A stretch of DNA of 64,000 nt, taken from NCBI GenBank assembly GCA_016219285.1, contig JACRNJ010000010.1:36089-100088 (forward strand). The letters are read 5' to 3'. The translations under genes were made by a program, and so were the position numbers. The notes under the pieces were generated by a model. The model made no database searches and was not told the DNA's origin. It was given only the letters and a program-made list of their open reading frames with translations. Shown here in pieces: positions 62,705 through 64,000 of the stretch. The stretch comes from Deltaproteobacteria bacterium. Its GTDB lineage: Bacteria; Desulfobacterota; GWC2-55-46; UBA9637. Positions within the stretch are counted from its first letter, which is position 1. Each line of letters starts with the position of its first letter.

Positions 62705-63939
62705 TACCCCTCCTCCTCCACATCTCCCTTGCTAAGCCCGAATGCGTCATGCAATGTCCTTACCGCCAGTTCCGTATATTTTGCGTCAATGACTGCGGAT
62801 ATCTTTATTTCGGAGGTGGATATCATCTGGATATTGATATTCTCCTTTGACATGCTCTCGAACATCTTTGATGCAATACCGGCATGGCTTCTCATGCCTG
62901 CGCCTACGATGGATACCTTTGCGATGTTGGTATCGGAAAGCACCTTTCCTGCCTTTAATTCCTTTGCAGTCTTTTCTATAAGCTGTAATGCCTTTTTGAA
63001 ATCTCCCTTAGATACCGTGAATGTCAAATCCGTATGGCCGTCATGGCTTACATTCTGCACAATCATGTCCACATTTATATTTGCCTTTGTAAGCGGGGCA
63101 AAGAGTTTTGCGGCAATCCCCGGCTTGTCTGGCACCTTTGCAATCGTTATCTTTGCCTCATCTTTATTATATGTTACACCCGAAACTGCAACCTTTTCCA
63201 TGTCTTTATCCTCCTTTGTAACAAGCGTTCCTTCCGCATCGGTAAAGGACGACTTTACCATCACAGGGACATTATATTTTTTTGCAAATTCAACAGACCT
63301 TGTTTGCAGCACCTTAGCGCCGAGGCTTGCCATCTCCAGCATCTCGTCATAGGAAATCTTTTTCAGCTTCCTCGCATCCGGGCATATATTCGGGTCTGTG
63401 GTATAAACTCCTTCCACATCCGTAAATATCTCGCACACATCCGCCTTAAGAGCAGCCGCAAGGGCAACCGCGGTTGTGTCGGAACCGCCTCTGCCCAGTG
63501 TTGTGATATTCCCTTCCCTGTCAATACCTTGAAACCCTGCAACCACAACGATATTTCCTTTTTTAAGCTCGGACAATATGCCGCCTGTTTCTATCTCTTC
63601 AATCCTTGCCTTGCCAAATGCGTTGTCTGTTATTATAGGCACCTGACAACCCAGAAAAGATTTTGCGCCAAAACCCAAATCCTGAAGCGCCAGCGCCAGA
63701 AGCCCGATGGTAACCTGCTCCCCTGTTGATACCACCACATCATATTCCCTGCCTATGGGAAATTCCTTCATCTGATTTGTCAGGTCAACCAGCTTGTTGG
63801 TCTCGCCTGACATGGCAGATACAACCACAATAATCTTATGCCCTTTCCTCTTTGTCTGCGCAACCCGTATGGCAACATTCCTAATCCTTTCAACATTGCC
63901 GACCGATGTGCCGCCGTATTTCTGAACGATTAAGGCCAT
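62704..63939 (-). CDS. lysC: Aspartate kinase (monofunctional, with ACT domains)
   Basis: 411 aa. [10 protein letters not shown]-terminus, two C-terminal ACT-like regions. Confidence 0.95.
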   Translation of the reverse strand: MALIVQKYGGTSVGNVERIRNVAIRVAQTKRKGHKIIVVVSAMSGETNKLVDLTNQMKEFPIGREYDVVVSTGEQVTIGLLALALQDLGFGAKSFLGCQVPIITDNAFGKARIEEIETGGILSELKKGNIVVVAGFQGIDREGNITTLGRGGSDTTAVALAAALKADVCEIFTDVEGVYTTDPNICPDARKLKKISYDEMLEMASLGAKVLQTRSVEFAKKYNVPVMVKSSFTDAEGTLVTKEDKDMEKVAVSGVTYNKDEAKITIAKVPDKPGIAAKLFAPLTKANINVDMIVQNVSHDGHTDLTFTVSKGDFKKALQLIEKTAKELKAGKVLSDTNIAKVSIVGAGMRSHAGIASKMFESMSKENINIQMISTSEIKISAVIDAKYTELAVRTLHDAFGLSKGDVEEEG

Positions 63940-63978
63940 ATCTATCCTCGCTTTGTTTAAATTGTAAATTTATTTTCT

Positions 63979-64000
63979 GTAGTTGCCCGACCCAACCTTC
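63979..64000 (+). repeat. Start of another three-module GTAG element, truncated by the window end
   Basis: gtagttgcccgacccaaccttc matches the first 22 nt of the 34979-35055 type. Confidence 0.6.

Noticed and set aside
62702-62706. TAATG overlap of the lysC stop and the argH start
   Set aside because: This is ordinary translational coupling and is not unusual.
62729-63729. Plus-strand ORFs of 207 and 231 aa overlapping lysC
   Set aside because: They are antisense to an unmistakable aspartate kinase. Their composition is low-complexity (Ser/Phe/Ile rich) and nothing supports them.

Overview
This is a 64-kb stretch of a diderm (LPS-producing) bacterial chromosome, AT-leaning by eye. I cannot assign it to a named species.

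Backbone (ordinary housekeeping):
- lipid A/Kdo genes: Gfo-type oxidoreductase, lpxB, msbA, DUF374, waaA
- secA-argJ
- pilD plus a type IV pilus minor-pilin/PilY1 operon
- a GT2 plus two TMTC-like GT-C/TPR membrane proteins
- a cytochrome cd1 nitrite reductase / heme d1 cluster: nirS, small c-type cytochrome, nirN, nirJ, nirF
- isolated V-type ATPase F and A subunits
- rpe, tRNA-Pro(CGG), LOG, guaA, arfB, apgM-like + thrC, the arsS pair
- a CooS-like Ni-CODH homologue, a menA-like gene, and lysC-argH-(hicBA)-lysA

Accessory DNA:
- a ~9.7-kb island between waaA and secA. It holds Uma2, a DUF5618-like gene, a visibly GC-richer block with three paralogous lipoproteins and a secreted papain-fold protein, an AAA/DUF4143 ATPase, and Phd/ParE and DUF4258/YgiT toxin-antitoxin pairs.
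- a RAYT (IS200-like Y1 transposase) cassette after pilY1.

The most unusual thing I can see is the repeat landscape, not a gene cluster:
(i) at least 11 GTAG...CTAC REP/REPIN-like modular hairpin elements, some nested inside each other.
(ii) a 30-nt hairpin element present 6-7 times. Five copies lie inside unrelated genes, always in sense orientation and always in the phase that reads PAGFKQG.
(iii) an 80-nt MITE with 14-bp terminal inverted repeats and TTRA duplications, found once intergenic and once in frame inside nirN.
(iv) many locus-specific hairpins whose arms are arrays of 7-nt repeats. They often overlap gene ends or sit in frame inside essential genes (lpxB, waaA, argJ, CooS-like).

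Five genes show frameshift-type disruptions, three of them at homopolymers. Sequencing error versus real decay or slippage has to be resolved. I saw no CRISPR array, rRNA, prophage or recognisable dedicated defence operon.
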